From the NCBI GenBank assembly GCA_010015585.1, contig ML975157.1: DNA of 64,000 nt. One strand, 5' to 3'. Source of the stretch: Eremomyces bilateralis CBS 781.70. Its lineage: Eukaryota. How positions within the stretch are numbered: the first letter of the stretch is position 1; the number at the start of each line of letters is the position of its first letter. The position numbers and the translations under genes were made by a program. Positions 1 to 13,100 of the stretch are shown piece by piece. The notes under the pieces were generated by a model that saw nothing but the letters and a program-made list of their open reading frames with translations, had not been told where the DNA came from and did not search any database.

Positions 1-252
1 AGCACATAACGCCTGACCCACGACCGAAAGTAGCCATACCGTCCGAACCAAGCCCTTCGTGCAGCAGCTGTGTTGGACATGACATCTGAAATCTATTTTG
101 ACTCGAATATCGCTGACGATCCTTTTTCGGGTAGGGAAGGTCGAAGGCAGATGGCGAGTCACCGTTGCGCCAACCGATCCCATATTATATCATCATACGG
201 ACTGAGAATGTTATGCCACGCCAGGGGATCATCTCTACAGACAGGTTCCCGT

Positions 253-1100
253 CTATTGGTGTTGAGGGTGGGTTGGCATCCGATTCTGAGGTAGCCCTGC
301 GTATGAGCCGCCGGCCTGCTGTTGTTGCTGCAAGTATGTCTGATACTGGAGCGCTTGTTCTGGTGTCAGGCCATATGGGGTCGGTGGCATACCACCGCCG
401 GGGGGCATCCCGCCTCGAGCTTGCGGGTGGGTTTCCTCGGGAGACTCGACCGGCGGTTCGCCGTTGATGTCGTTATCGTTGGCACTGGTGGGCTCGGGCG
501 CGTTGAGGCAAGCCTGATCCGATGGTCAGTTACAGGGAACCCAAAGACATCGAGCGGACGCAAGGGAACATACCTGAATGAGGTTCTTGCCTTCGGGCTT
601 GGTGACGAGAGGTTGAAGCTTGGGAGTCGTGAACGTGTAGACTAGACCGGTCTCGGAGACGACGAGCAGTAGCACCTGCGTTCCGGTAAGGACGGACAAT
701 TCGTACGCCTAGCGGAGTAATGGTTAGCATGTACATTTGAAAGCCGACGACGAAGACGTGGAAGACACGCGCCGACGCGGTGTTACTCGACGGGGTTCCA
801 AGCGACGTTGCGCGACGGGCAACCGATGCAGGTCCGTACCTTCTTCATGATGCCAGCCTTTCGCTTGGAAAAGGTGATGTGCCTTCGCGACTTGTCCTGG
901 ATGAACTTAATTTCAATTTTGCGTCGCTCACGGCCCGGCTTGTCATCATCATCGTCATCGTCGTCCACGTTGCTGGGTCGCGGTCGCTTGGTGCCGCGAT
1001 TTGCATCGGCTCCCAATGCACCATTGCCATTGCCGACACCAGTGTCATCGACAGCCGACTCAGAAAGCTTCTGGTCGTGATCGGTGATTTCGGTTGCCAT
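253..1100 (-). CDS. MCM1: SRF-type MADS-box transcription factor Mcm1 (3 exons: 1100-840, 708-574, 513-253)
   Basis: Spliced translation gives RRKIEIKFIQDKSRRHITFSKRKAGIMKK|AYELSVLTGTQVLLLVVSETGLVYTFTTPKLQPLV, the canonical Mcm1 MADS box. GT-AG introns, Q/P-rich tail, TAG at 255-253. Confidence 0.96.
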
Positions 1101-3710
1101 TTTGGGAGATGAGTGGGCGGTTGCTCTGCAAAATGGATGCTTTAGGAACTGTGTTTTGTCTTAACTCTTTGCGGTCGAGTGTGGCCCTATGTGGGGATTA
1201 CCTGTTTGGAGAGGAGGGTAACCGAAGAGAGGAAAGGCGGTCGGGGGCAGTTTGGGGGGGTACGGGCAGTGGATGCGGCCGACCGAGGGAGAGGGCTGAG
1301 AAAATGGGCTGGCGTCCGTCAAGTCGGAAGCGAATGAAAAAGCTGCGAGCGTAAGAACCGAGCAAATCAGAGATCAGAAACACGCTGTGCAGCAGTGCAG
1401 GTAGGTGTGCCAGCTCCTAGAGAAGAGTCGGATAAGGATGCGAGCTGGATGAATCGGGGCAAGTGACAAAGAGGAATGAGGAGATGTTTTGGGGCTGGCC
1501 TGGTGAAGGAAGACAGGCGATAAGGCACACGCCGAGAGCTTGAGCAGTGAGAGTGAGTAGTGAGCAGTGAGAGCCCTGAGACACGGGGACGGGGAAAACC
1601 ACATGCACCAGTCCACGGTCCATCCACCACAGCAGATGAGGAGACTAGACTTCAGTGCTGATGCATCAGAAAGATGAAACCGATGGATGGATCCGATGAG
1701 TGGCGGGCACCAAGACTGTTGTGGCACGCAAGGGATGCAGATGGGCGGGGTGATGAGCCAAAGATTCTGGTTCTTTGCATGGAATAACAATTGCACACCC
1801 CTTGCCGATCATACCGATCATACATGATGTGTGTTTCTGGTGCAATTGTCTCCAATAGCCAAAAGGCGCATGCGTGGAGGTGAAGCCTGAAGGGGTAAAG
1901 AAGAGGTCTAGTCTTGGTGGGTGATGACGGGACAGTCAAGCTCCATTAGAGTAGATGGATATGAGTGATAGGAAATCCGGAATAATATGAGGCACGTACC
2001 CGAAGATTGGTGCACCTTGTGACAGGAGCACTTCTAACTCAGCTGGAGGAAGTAGTCGAGAGTCGATGTGTGAATGCCTTGAGAGGTTTGTCTTGTTGCG
2101 AGTGCTTGATAATTCCCTCGATGGTCGATGCAGTGATGGGTGATGTCCCTGTGGTGGAGGGAAGAATGAGGGGGTTGAAACGTGAAAGAAGGGAGAAACG
2201 AGAAAGGACTGAAGCTTGGCTTCTTCGGGCGGAATTTAACGCTGAGAAGAGCAAGGCCAGGATTCAGCACAAGCCAACAGGAGGGAACTTGCACCGAGGG
2301 GGGAAGAAACGATACCGTGCTTGCCTACTCTAGTGCTGTGACAGACAAGGAGGGAAAGCGCCGAATTTCGTTGGGGGCCGCTGGTTACACACGGGTTGGT
2401 GGTACTATGCATGTGATTGGATCACTTTTAGATGCCTTAGGTCCTGATCCATGCCTTAACACTGCGCGATCGCGTTTTCTCAGCAACTGGCAGCAACAGG
2501 GGGGAGTCAAGTCCATAATTCTACAACGCTCGGGCATCATGGCATCTTACCATTGGGTGAATATCGATGATGATTGGCTTGGTGGTCTTAGTGTGCCGCG
2601 TCTTCATAACATTTCATTGGTCTATATCTGCCGCCCATGTTGCATTCAGATTTCAGTTGCAGGCAAGTGCGACGACTCGATTACCAAATACCCACTCTTT
2701 GCACCCTCTCCTCCCTGTCTCCCGTCGCATTGTGCCGAGTGCCCGAGACACCCCAAATCCTCCCTTCGGCCCGCGCACCACCAATCCATTCCACTACACC
2801 GACTCAGCGATAGCGCGACCCTTCTATTTCCCGATTTGACTGCTGAAGAATATTCTCTCAGGAATCATCCTATAGATGAGTGGAACATCATTCCTGCATT
2901 CGATTGCATCGTGAACTGCGAAGCATGAGTAAGGAAGTCAAGGATGACCGTGGGACAGTCTCAGCTTTTAAGGGAGGGAAGGGCCGAGTCTGTCGGGAGT
3001 TGCTTCAGGAGCTGCCTTTTTTGGCCTAGCGCATCTTACACCATCTACTCTCCCTCTCATTCACACATGTCACGTGCAACCATCCTTCTCGACCCTTGTT
3101 CAAGCCCTTTGCTCACTCATACAGCTCCTCTTTACCCACCACTCCATCATGATGCGGAGACGACACGATAGGGGGAGTATCTGCTGCTTGCTGTAGAATT
3201 CGGGGTTTCTAAAACCTTCGTGAGAGAATCTTTGAGCTGTACAATGACGGTTTGAGCCAGTTCGCTCTTGGAATGACTCGCCTCAAACTTTGCCTCACGG
3301 TGATTCCTGGAGCAGTCTTGAAACGCGATACGTCTTGCCGAACACCAAACCTCATCAGAAGAGGCGTAAGAAATGGTGTCTCTATCATACCATTTCGCCT
3401 TGCGGCGCCTTGGTGAACATTGCAACGGCAGAGTCCTTTTCTCTCTCTCTCTCTCCTATGTCTCTCTACCTCCTCGATGTTTATGTCCTTTATTGCTTGA
3501 TTCTTCTATCAACTCGCCGCAATCCGACGCAGGCGCTCGTGCGGTGAGACTTTTCGGTGACTCTATATATTTCTACTCCCTTTTCCATTTCTTGTCGTTC
3601 GCTACATTCGAATTCCCCTTTGCGTACTGCGGTCGTAGATCGACTGTCGGGTAGAACGAACCTTCAAACCATACCATCACCGCACCGATCCTGCGAGCAA
3701 CTCACGCACA

Positions 3711-4640
3711 ATGACGAACACGCTGAGACTTACGTACTTGGCCCACGAGGCGCTTTTCCTAGGAGGAGGAGTTCTCATCTTGGTCTTCTCGCTGGTCAGC
3801 AAAGGCCAGGCCGGGGCCGGGTCCACGTCGACCGTGGCCACCGTTGCGCAGCACGTGCTGCTCGACCAGTGTCCTTTAATAGGTATGCCGATTCCAAGTC
3901 GATTCCCGCCATCAACGGCGAGCATGAGATGGATGCGCTTCTCTCCTTCAATTTTTTGGTCTTGGGGAAGGCGTGGCACATGCTGACCTTTCCTTCACGG
4001 GCATAGGTGGAATGGTGAATGCCATCCTCATCTTCATCGTCTTCCTCATCGGACTGCCGGCCATGGTCATGCCCAGCAGTACGACATGGCTACGGGTACA
4101 CGCGGGGGGCATCATCCTCTGTGCCATCTTCACCTTGATCCTGGGGCTGTTCATCTGGTTCGATACCCTGACGACGAGGTCGAAGTTAGAATTCATCTGG
4201 GGCAAGGAGACGCCGCAAGTCCAGAGCTTGTTGCAGCAACGGGTAGGTTTCTTGGACGGCCGTGGCTTTTGGAAGCCTGATTCCCTAGAGTATGCTAACC
4301 GCAATCGTTTAGTTCAATTGCTGCGGCTACACGAACTCGACATCCCCGCCGTTCATTCAGGACAGCGTCTGTCCGAATGCGTTTATCGCGGCGCAGAAGC
4401 AAGGTTGTGTGGCGGACTTCAGCAACTTTGCCAACGGGTACCTTGATATCATCTTCACGGCGGCTTTTGGCCTAGTTGGTACGCTTTCCATGTCCGGAAC
4501 ATCCCAATGTCATAGAGTCTAACCACATCGCAGCTCTGGACGCGCTGCTCGTCCTATGTGTTGCATGCCTCGTCAAGTGGCGCAGGGAACAGGAACGATA
4601 TAGGCATATCGATGAGAAGGTGGGGTTCGGGGGTCTGTGA
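3711..4640 (+). CDS. PLS1: Fungal tetraspanin Pls1 (4 exons)
   Basis: Four hydrophobic segments, the tetraspanin FNCCGY (CCG) motif after the second intron, further loop cysteines, and the Pls1-type C-terminus ERYRHIDEKVGFGGL*. Confidence 0.9.
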
Positions 4641-4899
4641 CCGAAGGAAGACTGGAGAACAATCAATCGAGACCTAGACACTTGTTGGGAAACTCTTCAA
4701 TATTTTGGTTTCGCACTAGTTCCATGGGTTTTACGTAACCTCTCATAAATATACGGTGTCGATGACCTATACTCTATTCATATATGGCGTTATTCCGAAG
4801 CCAACCACTTTCTGGATCAGTAGTGAACGACCCGAATCCCCGTAACTCCACGCCATACCGAGAAGCATTGCTATCCATACGCTAGGATATTCGTCGTCA

Positions 4900-7315
4900 T
4901 CAGGATTCCATCTCCATCCGCAGTTGGTCATCGAGCGCCGCCTGGGTCTCGGACGATCTTGGGTCATTTTCCGCCCTAGCCTCGGCGTTGTCTTCCCTTG
5001 CTTTCGACCCCTTCTGCTCCTCCAGCCACGCTTCCATCGCCCTCTTCTGCTTCTCCTCCTCCGCCGAGCGGTCCTCGAACCACACCCGTTTCTTCCGCTC
5101 CTTGGTCCGCACTGCATGCTCGACGCGGAGCTGCCAGCGACTCAGTGTCCCGTACACTTCCATGCGGGCGAGATCTTGCGGGCCGGCATAGTCCAGTCGC
5201 GCGCTGATGCGGTTGATGGAGTCGGAGAGCGCGGCGGCTGACGCGTTGAAGGTGGATTCGCTGCCCGGGTCGGTCGAGGGACGAGTACCTCGCTTCGGCG
5301 AGCTGGGGGTTATAACGGGAAGTGGGAGTGGTGCTTTTAGGGATGTTGTTCCGTTTGATGGTGCGCCTGCAGCGCTTGGAAGCCGCCATGCGGGAAAGAG
5401 GAGCGACGAGAATCCGCTGTCGAGAGCGGTGTCGAGAAGGAATACGCGAGCTCGCATCATGACGTAGTCCGCGTGCGGCTGGTACATATATTCGGGGGAG
5501 GTGCGGAGGTGCCGAATGACGGTGTCCATGAGGATCGGGTTGGTGAGGTCGGCGTCTAGATACTCCGCCGAGGTCAGTCCGAAACTCAGCGCGAGTCGTC
5601 GTCGGAGACGATGTAAGATAGGAGTTTGTGACGGTAGGACTTGGATTAGTTTGGCCTGTAGTAATGTATTCGTGGTGGTATTGAAGATGATCTCGGAAAC
5701 GCCGAGGATCTATTAAAGATTAGTTCGGCTCGTCACAGCAGTCGAGGACCTGATACGAACATATTCGGGCTCGGGGACTTCGATGTTGCTGAACAAAGTA
5801 GATAGTGCTACGTTGACCAGTCGAGAAATTTCACAGTCGAGTGACACGGTATCATCTAAGGACATGCGCATCAATATCACAATGATGAAACCTCGGAGAT
5901 GGTCTGATAGGCCGGAGGCACTGTACTGGAGGAGCCGCAGGATCCATGATAGCCCACGAGAGAGCGTACACTCGGGAATCTCTTTCGGACTCTTAGGCTC
6001 AGGAACCAGTTGGTGGTCGAAATCCAACGCCCACTGGCCGGCTCCGACACCCCGAAGTAACTCTTTCAGTCGAGAAGAAGTGAGCACGTCATTCATGGGA
6101 GCGGTTTGAAGTACTTTCAAGTAACTCGACGCCAAGTCATCCCGAGGATCGCAGCTCAAGTATTCGAGCATATACACATACACCTCGTCGGGTAGCGAAT
6201 GTCGTGAAGCCATGCGTTCGACGAAGCCCGTGATGAAGGCATCGTCTCGCTTTGGGGGGGTTTGGAAGACGCGAGCCCATATACTATTCGAATCAGACAG
6301 CTTGGGGAATGGTGGAGAAGGTCGCGATTCGTGCTTCTCCTGAAAGAAGTGCCAACATGGATCTTGCTGTAGGGCGTTGGTACGCTTAACGGCCTTCTCC
6401 AGTCGCTCGACCTCATCGCTTTCCTCCCCATCCAGGGCCAAGGCAATCGTCTTGGTGTCGAGTCGCGATGATCGATGTCTTTTGGGCCTCGTTTCGGAGT
6501 CGTCGGAATCGGTTGGGGCATCGAGTATTGCTTTGATCCTGGCTATCTCTTCCTCTCTCTTGGCGTCTGTTTGGGCGGACTTAACCAGAGAGGCAAGCGA
6601 AAACTTCGGCTTCTCGATTGCTTTCGGCGCATTGCGTTGGCGGAGGGTCTTGGTCGCGCTCGTGGACGATCGGAAAACGCGGTCGGTTGGACTCTTTGGG
6701 GATAGCTTCTCTCGGGACTTGATGGAGGTGCGGCCCGATTGCTTGTTAAACGTGTGGTATAGCTCTACCAGATCAGCTAGTGATGAATCGGAATCTTCGT
6801 CGCTATCTGAGGGTCGAATGATTTCCACGCCGTTCCTTATCGCACGTTTTGACGATGTGGTCGAGGCGAAGGAGCGGTTCGGAGCCGACGACGATGGAGC
6901 TCCCGTGCCGGGAGAGGTGGTCATGTCATTCATGCTGGAAGACGCTGGCGATAAGGATGTTTGTATGGGAGAGAGGGGAGAAGTGGGATCTATCGCATCT
7001 CTGGCCGATCCTCGCTCCGCTGTTGGGGAGCGTATCGAGAGCGAAACTGGGCGAAAGGAGCTCTGAGTGGTGGATGCATTCGATCGGGAGGTCGAGGACC
7101 GCTTTGTACCATCGTTGACTTCTGGCGTGTCTTAACTTAGTCGGTAGCGTTCAATATATCAGGGAGAGCATTGAGCAGTAAGTGCGGCAAGTTGGAACTT
7201 ATCGAATAAAGAACAAAGAACAGCTGAGCATACCTAACGAGGGGGGTCGAGCATCTTCTTTGGATGATGGTTTGAAGAAGCGGGTAATGTTGGACTGGCT
7301 GGATAGCGGAGGCAT
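4900..7315 (-). CDS. Conserved hypothetical nuclear protein with N-terminal PIP box, possibly Nse6/SLF2 (CANIN)-like (exons 7315-7234, 7130-5761, 5709-4900)
   Basis: ORFs 5713-6933 and 4900-5529 join through a 51-nt GT-AG intron (5760-5710). The frame stays open up to an acceptor at 7131 and joins a phase-1 upstream exon MPPLSSQSNITRFFKPSSKEDARPPSL. Ser/acidic disordered N-half, helical C-half. The family assignment is from recollection only. Confidence 0.7.
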
Positions 7316-9242
7316 TAGCCCAGGGACGTGGCGAAGATGGGTGGTATGGTATGGCCAGTCGTTTCGTCCAGTTTACTGCTTCACACCAGTTCCAATTTGG
7401 GGTTGTTAAACTTGTGTCGAATACAGCAGAGGGTCGGTTTTCTGGATGAAGTATTTCCACCTTGTTGTTTGACACAATAATCATGAACGCCAAGTCGCCC
7501 ACACGTTGAAAAGCTCGCGTTGAACGCGAAGGACAGCACGCTATCACGTGATACATCACTGCTATTTCATCTGTCCTCTCATACTTAGCATAGCAGATGG
7601 ACTGGATCTCCATAGACCCAGTCCATCCGTGATCTGTCTTGTTACGTCCGTACGTATGTCCAATTGTCCATATCTCCAGGAGCACAACGTCTTGATATAT
7701 CTCTAGGAGCAGAGGAAGTCATATCAATCTTAAATCCCCTTGAATTCCTGATCAGATGTCCCCTGCCCAAGCCTGTCCATGCCTGCCCAAGTTCCCAACC
7801 AGGCATGAATCATAGGGTATTTATCGGATCTCAGATAGACCACCATGTGCCCAAGTCGCAAAAGCCACGAAGCATTCAGGAGTCGGGCGCGGTATTAATT
7901 GCTGTACGTTCCATCCAGGCAAGGAACTGGGCACTTAATTCGGCGTAACCCTCGCAAATCAATCACGTCAGGCAATGGGGAGTGCGAACAACAGCCCCAA
8001 ACCCCAAGAGGCCAAGTCTCATGCTTGATGCTAGATATACTGTTTAACTGTGTTCAGGAGTCAACCGAGTTATTAATCCCTTAATCTGGCAGAAATGGTC
8101 CAAGTCTCTTATTTAGTCTCCAAGAGCCTGGCGTGTTTTAATCTGGAATGCTTGGGCTTCTAGCGGGCGGTGGGGGATCAACAGCAAACCACAGCAACCC
8201 CGGCGCAGAGCGGAAAGCGTCAGCGAGTCACCGAAATCTAGGGAATCCTTAATGCGGGGGACGTGCTCCGAGAGGACCGAAACTGCGGTGCCAATTAATG
8301 GTGTGCGGGCTGCAGGTTTGTAATTCGGAATACAGTCTACAGAAGACAGAGCTCGAGCGGAATCCTCAATGTCCTGCATGCAATGATGCAAGCCTCAGCC
8401 TCTTTCACAAGAACGACACTGCCTTCAAGGTCGCAAAATGGTGTGTCAGCGCTGACACACAGATTTGAGGTTTTCATTCCTGTAGGCTGTAGCTGGATTC
8501 AGGCTTGCGGAAGATACCAAGTTTCATAAATTGATTTGGTGGATGTAGTATGAACCACGAGAGAGTGGACCCCGGATGTGGACGGCATCGCTATTATTAT
8601 GCCGTTCGGACGCGGTGGAATCTGCACCGTGGAAACTAGAAAGGCGGCAAAATCGAAGGAAAGCCGCCATAAACACACATCAATCCTCAGCTCCTTCTGA
8701 TGCGTCGCGATGATCTACACTTCGAGAAATTGTTTCGAGGGAAGCTGACAGTTAAATGTCAAAGCCATTGAGGCTCAGCGACCAAATGGGGGCCATTATC
8801 GTCACTACATATTGTATTGACTTGACTGGGAGGATCGGCGTGGATTGAGCTTAGACGTTCCTTACCCTTCGTCCTAATTTCCCGCCAGAGGCCCAGAGCA
8901 TGTTAGTTAAGGAGAGGGCTATTCTAAATATTCTTCAATAATGTATCTTGGATGACGCGTATTAAGCACTGGGAAGACTTGACAGGTCCATTATTTGGTT
9001 GCGCTTCCTTTTCGTTCATCCCGCTGATGCTTGGTTCTTGAACTCTTCCCATTGTAACTGGTACGGCCGTGAAATGTGAATAGGATAAGCAGCACTACCC
9101 ACTACCCAGTAGGTATTTCGTATTCCGTCTGCATGACCTGCCATGTAAGCTGTCATGGAATTATAAATACATAGTAAGCTATACGGAAGAGGTAGATGAC
9201 AGTTAAATCAATCATCCCCTCCTAAGCCTCCTTACTCTCTAC

Positions 9243-9340
9243 ATGCAACAGCACCACCACCACCACCATTGTCCTCATCATCATCCTCATCATTATCATC
9301 ATCACCATCACCACCAGTATCACCACCATCCTCACCATCC
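9243..9340 (+). repeat. Imperfect (CAC/CAT)n trinucleotide microsatellite (poly-His if translated)
   Basis: caccaccaccaccaccattgtcctcatcatcatcctcatcattatcatcatcaccatcaccacc seen directly. Confidence 0.85.
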
Positions 9341-10174
9341 GCGAGATATCCCCGTGTGGGTTCAGGGTCGTCTTTCAGGGTCGACTGGGTGTCGCTCGTC
9401 CACTCGGGAGTTAAAGCCGAAGGGCCCGAAAGGACCGTTTACGCCCATTCTGCCGTTCAATCCGCCAGCAAAGTGGGCTCTACTGTGCTTCTCTCCGGGA
9501 GTCCCCTGGCCCTGAAGTTGGCGTCTCGATTTGGTTGGTCAGCACGTCAAGACTCAAGACTCCAGAGCCACCAGAGAGAAAGTTCCGCAACTTTTCGCCC
9601 GCCCAGACACTTTCTCTCCCTCCCTACTCCCTAATCCTCCTCAGACCTTTACTCCTCTCACCTCTACTCTTAATCTGCACTCCATAGTAATTACATGTCC
9701 TTACTGTACAAAGTTGCCAGCACGACCTTAACATCTTCACCCTCCCTACGATCTTCTTCCTCCCTCCCACCCCTCCAAATCGGCCACCTTCGCTCCAATC
9801 TATATCTTCCGGCTTCTTGTTTCCTCTATTGTCTTTGCGTCGTCGTGAATCATTCCCTCTCCATTGTCCTCGCCCGTATCAGCGTCACGCCCCCCTTGCA
9901 TCGATGCCCATTCGCGACGGCCTTTCTTCCGACTTCATTTCTGTACCTATCGACTTCGTCTTGTCTTCAATCTCGGCGCCATCCGAGTCCGTGAATTCCA
10001 CCGCAATTTTTAATTTGAAAGTCCATACCTGTCACCCGACCACATCGAACTCGACGAGCGGAAACTGCCAATTGCTGCGCCAATCAGGCTCCCGGCTGCG
10101 GCCGGCTTCATCACACGCCTCCACAGAGCAAAGGGGACTGAACGCTCGCCGTTCGATCGAGCGCCGCCCACACC

Positions 10175-13100
10175 ATGGCACAGGACGAAAATGTGCAGAG
10201 TAACGTGTCAGAATCGACCAAGCGGTTAAGATGGGCCACAAAACGGACGGGTGGAAAGGCGGGCGATCGAAAACGGAAGTCCATTATGGATCGACTCCAT
10301 CGGCGAACAGCTTCGAACGATACGAAATCGAACTTCAAACGAGATAGCAATACTACTGACGGCCCTGATGACTTAATGAAACCCGAAGAACCCGAACCGG
10401 AGGAAGAAGGCCCCGGGCGACGCATCTTCTTCAACCTCCCTCTTCCGCCAGAGGCTCGCGATGAGGACGGTCATCCCACCCAGCATTATGCAAGAAATAA
10501 AATACGCACTTCGAAATACACCCCGATCAGCTTTATACCCAAGAACCTGTGGTTCCAATTCCACAACATCGCAAATATCTATTTCCTCTTCAGCATCATT
10601 CTCGGGGTATGTTCCAACCGGAAGGAAGAAACGATTGGGTGCTAACAATTGTGTCCAGGCTTTCCCGATATTCGGCGTCGTCGACCCTGCCTTGAACGCC
10701 GTCCCTTTGATCGTCATTTTGACTCTTACCGCACTCAAAGATGCGATTGAAGATTGGGGCCGAACCGTCTTGGATAACCAATTGAACAATGCGCCGGTGT
10801 ATAAACTTGCCGGCTTCAGCAATGTCAATACTGCTGAAGACCAGATATCACTGTGGCGTCGATTCAAGAAAGCAAATACAAGAGCCGTTTTGCTGGTGTG
10901 GCGGCTGTGGACGAACCGCGACCAGAAAAAGATAGGACGCGGGAAAACTGCTGACAATGAGCCAAGGCCATCTATTGGCGATCGCAGACAGTCCGTAATG
11001 ACGCAACGCACGTCATTTCTCTCGACAAGGAGCGGACATGATGACATTCAGATGACCCCCGTTCAGACACCCCCTCTGGGTGCCGTTTCCTCCGCTGCAA
11101 CCGACGAAAAGCACGGGGCTGGCTTCCTTGACGTCGCTAGTCAAGATCCCGACGGTGTGAAGCCGCCCGGCATTTATAAGAAGGTCCACGGAAGTGTGAT
11201 CAATCCGTTCAAAGAGGCTCCGGAAAATGCCCGGTTCAAGCAGGACGCATGGAAAAACGTCCAAGTGGGCGATTATGTCCGACTCTTTAGCAACCAGGAA
11301 ATCCCGGCAGACGTCGTCATCCTATCGACGTCGGAGAAAGATGGCGCATGCTACGTCGAAACGAAGAACTTGGACGGAGAGACCAATTTGAAAGTCCGCC
11401 AGTCGTTGCACTGCGGCCGCCAGATCAAGCATGCTCGGGATTGTGAGAAGGCCGAGTTCGTGATCGAAAGCGAACCTCCCCATGCGAACTTGTACGTCTA
11501 CAACGCCGTGGCTCGATGGAACCAGCGCGATCCAAAGAATGAGCAAGCGCCGGGCGTCGAGATGGCGGAGCCCATCACCGCCAACAACCTCCTCCTTCGA
11601 GGCTGTATCCTGCGGAACACCGAATGGGCCCTCGGCGTAGTTATCTTCACCGGCCAGGAAACCAAAATCATGCTGAACTCCGGAATCACCCCGAGCAAGC
11701 GAGCGAAGTTGTCCAAAGACCTGAATTGGTACGTCCTGTACAACTTCGTGATCCTGTTCTGCATGTGCCTCATAGCAGGCATCTACTCGAGCGTCTCGTG
11801 GGCCCAGGGCAGGACGTCGGCCAACCACTTCGAATATGGGAACTACGGTGGCACCGCGACCCTGAATGGTCTCATCACATTCTGTGCTGGTATTATCCTG
11901 TTCCAAAATTTGGTCCCCATCTCGCTCTACATCACGCTGGAAATCGTTCGGACCCTTCAGGCCTTCTTCATCTATTCGGACGTACTCATGTACTACGAGC
12001 CCATCGACTACCCATGCACGCCCAAAACGTGGAATATATCCGACGATGTTGGCCAAATCGAGTACATCTTTTCCGACAAGACCGGCACCCTGACCCAGAA
12101 CGTTATGGAGTTCAAGAAGTGCACCATCAACGGAGAAGCGTATGGAGAAGCGTATACGGAGGCCATGGCTGGCATGCAGCGAAGACAGAGGATGAATGTC
12201 GAAGAAGAATCCGCGAAAGCGTTGAAACAGATTGCCGAAGACCGTGTGCGGATGTTGGAAGACATCCGCAGTATGCATCCCAATCCCTATTTGCAGGACT
12301 CCGACCTTACTTTCGTTGCGCCCGATTTCATCGAAGATCTACGAGGAGACCGTGGCGAAGCGCAGGAGGCTGCGAACAAGAAATTCATGATTGCTTTAGC
12401 CCTGTGCCACACCGTGATGGTCGATCGGATGCCGGGAGACCCTCCAACCATCGACTTCAAGGCCCAGTCTCCAGACGAGGCGGCTCTGGTCGCAACGGCA
12501 AAAGATGTTGGCTTCACCATGCTAGCGCGAACGGACGATGGCGTGATTCTCAACGTCCTTGGGGAGGAACAGAAGTACACGGTGATGAATGTTCTGGAGT
12601 TCAATTCCACCCGGAAACGGATGAGCGCCATCATCCGCATGCCCGACGATAGGATCGTTCTTTTCTGCAAAGGAGCAGATAGTATGATATATTCTCGCCT
12701 GCAACGAGGCGAGCAGGCCGAGCTTCGAAAGACCACGGCGGAGCATTTGGAGATGTTCGCGCGCGAAGGATTGCGAACGCTATGTATCGCCCAACGAGAA
12801 TTGTCGGAAAGCGAGTACGGCGAATGGAATCGAGATTATGAGCTCGCTGCGGCGTCGATCGCGGACCGAGAAGACAAGCTCGAGGGGGTCTCGGACCGCA
12901 TTGAGCGCGACCTGACTCTAATTGGAGGGACCGCCATCGAGGATCGACTGCAAGAAGGCGTCCCGGACGCAATCGCCCTCCTCGCCAAGGCGGGGATCAA
13001 GCTCTGGGTTCTAACGGGTGATAAGGTCGAGACTGCGATCAATATCGGATTCTCGTGCAACCTGCTGGACAATGACATGGATCTCATTGTCTTCCGAGTT

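Noticed and set aside
2182..2928. 248-aa plus-strand ORF between MCM1 and PLS1
   Set aside because: Non-ATG start, no recognisable motif and random-looking composition. It lies in the divergent promoter region.
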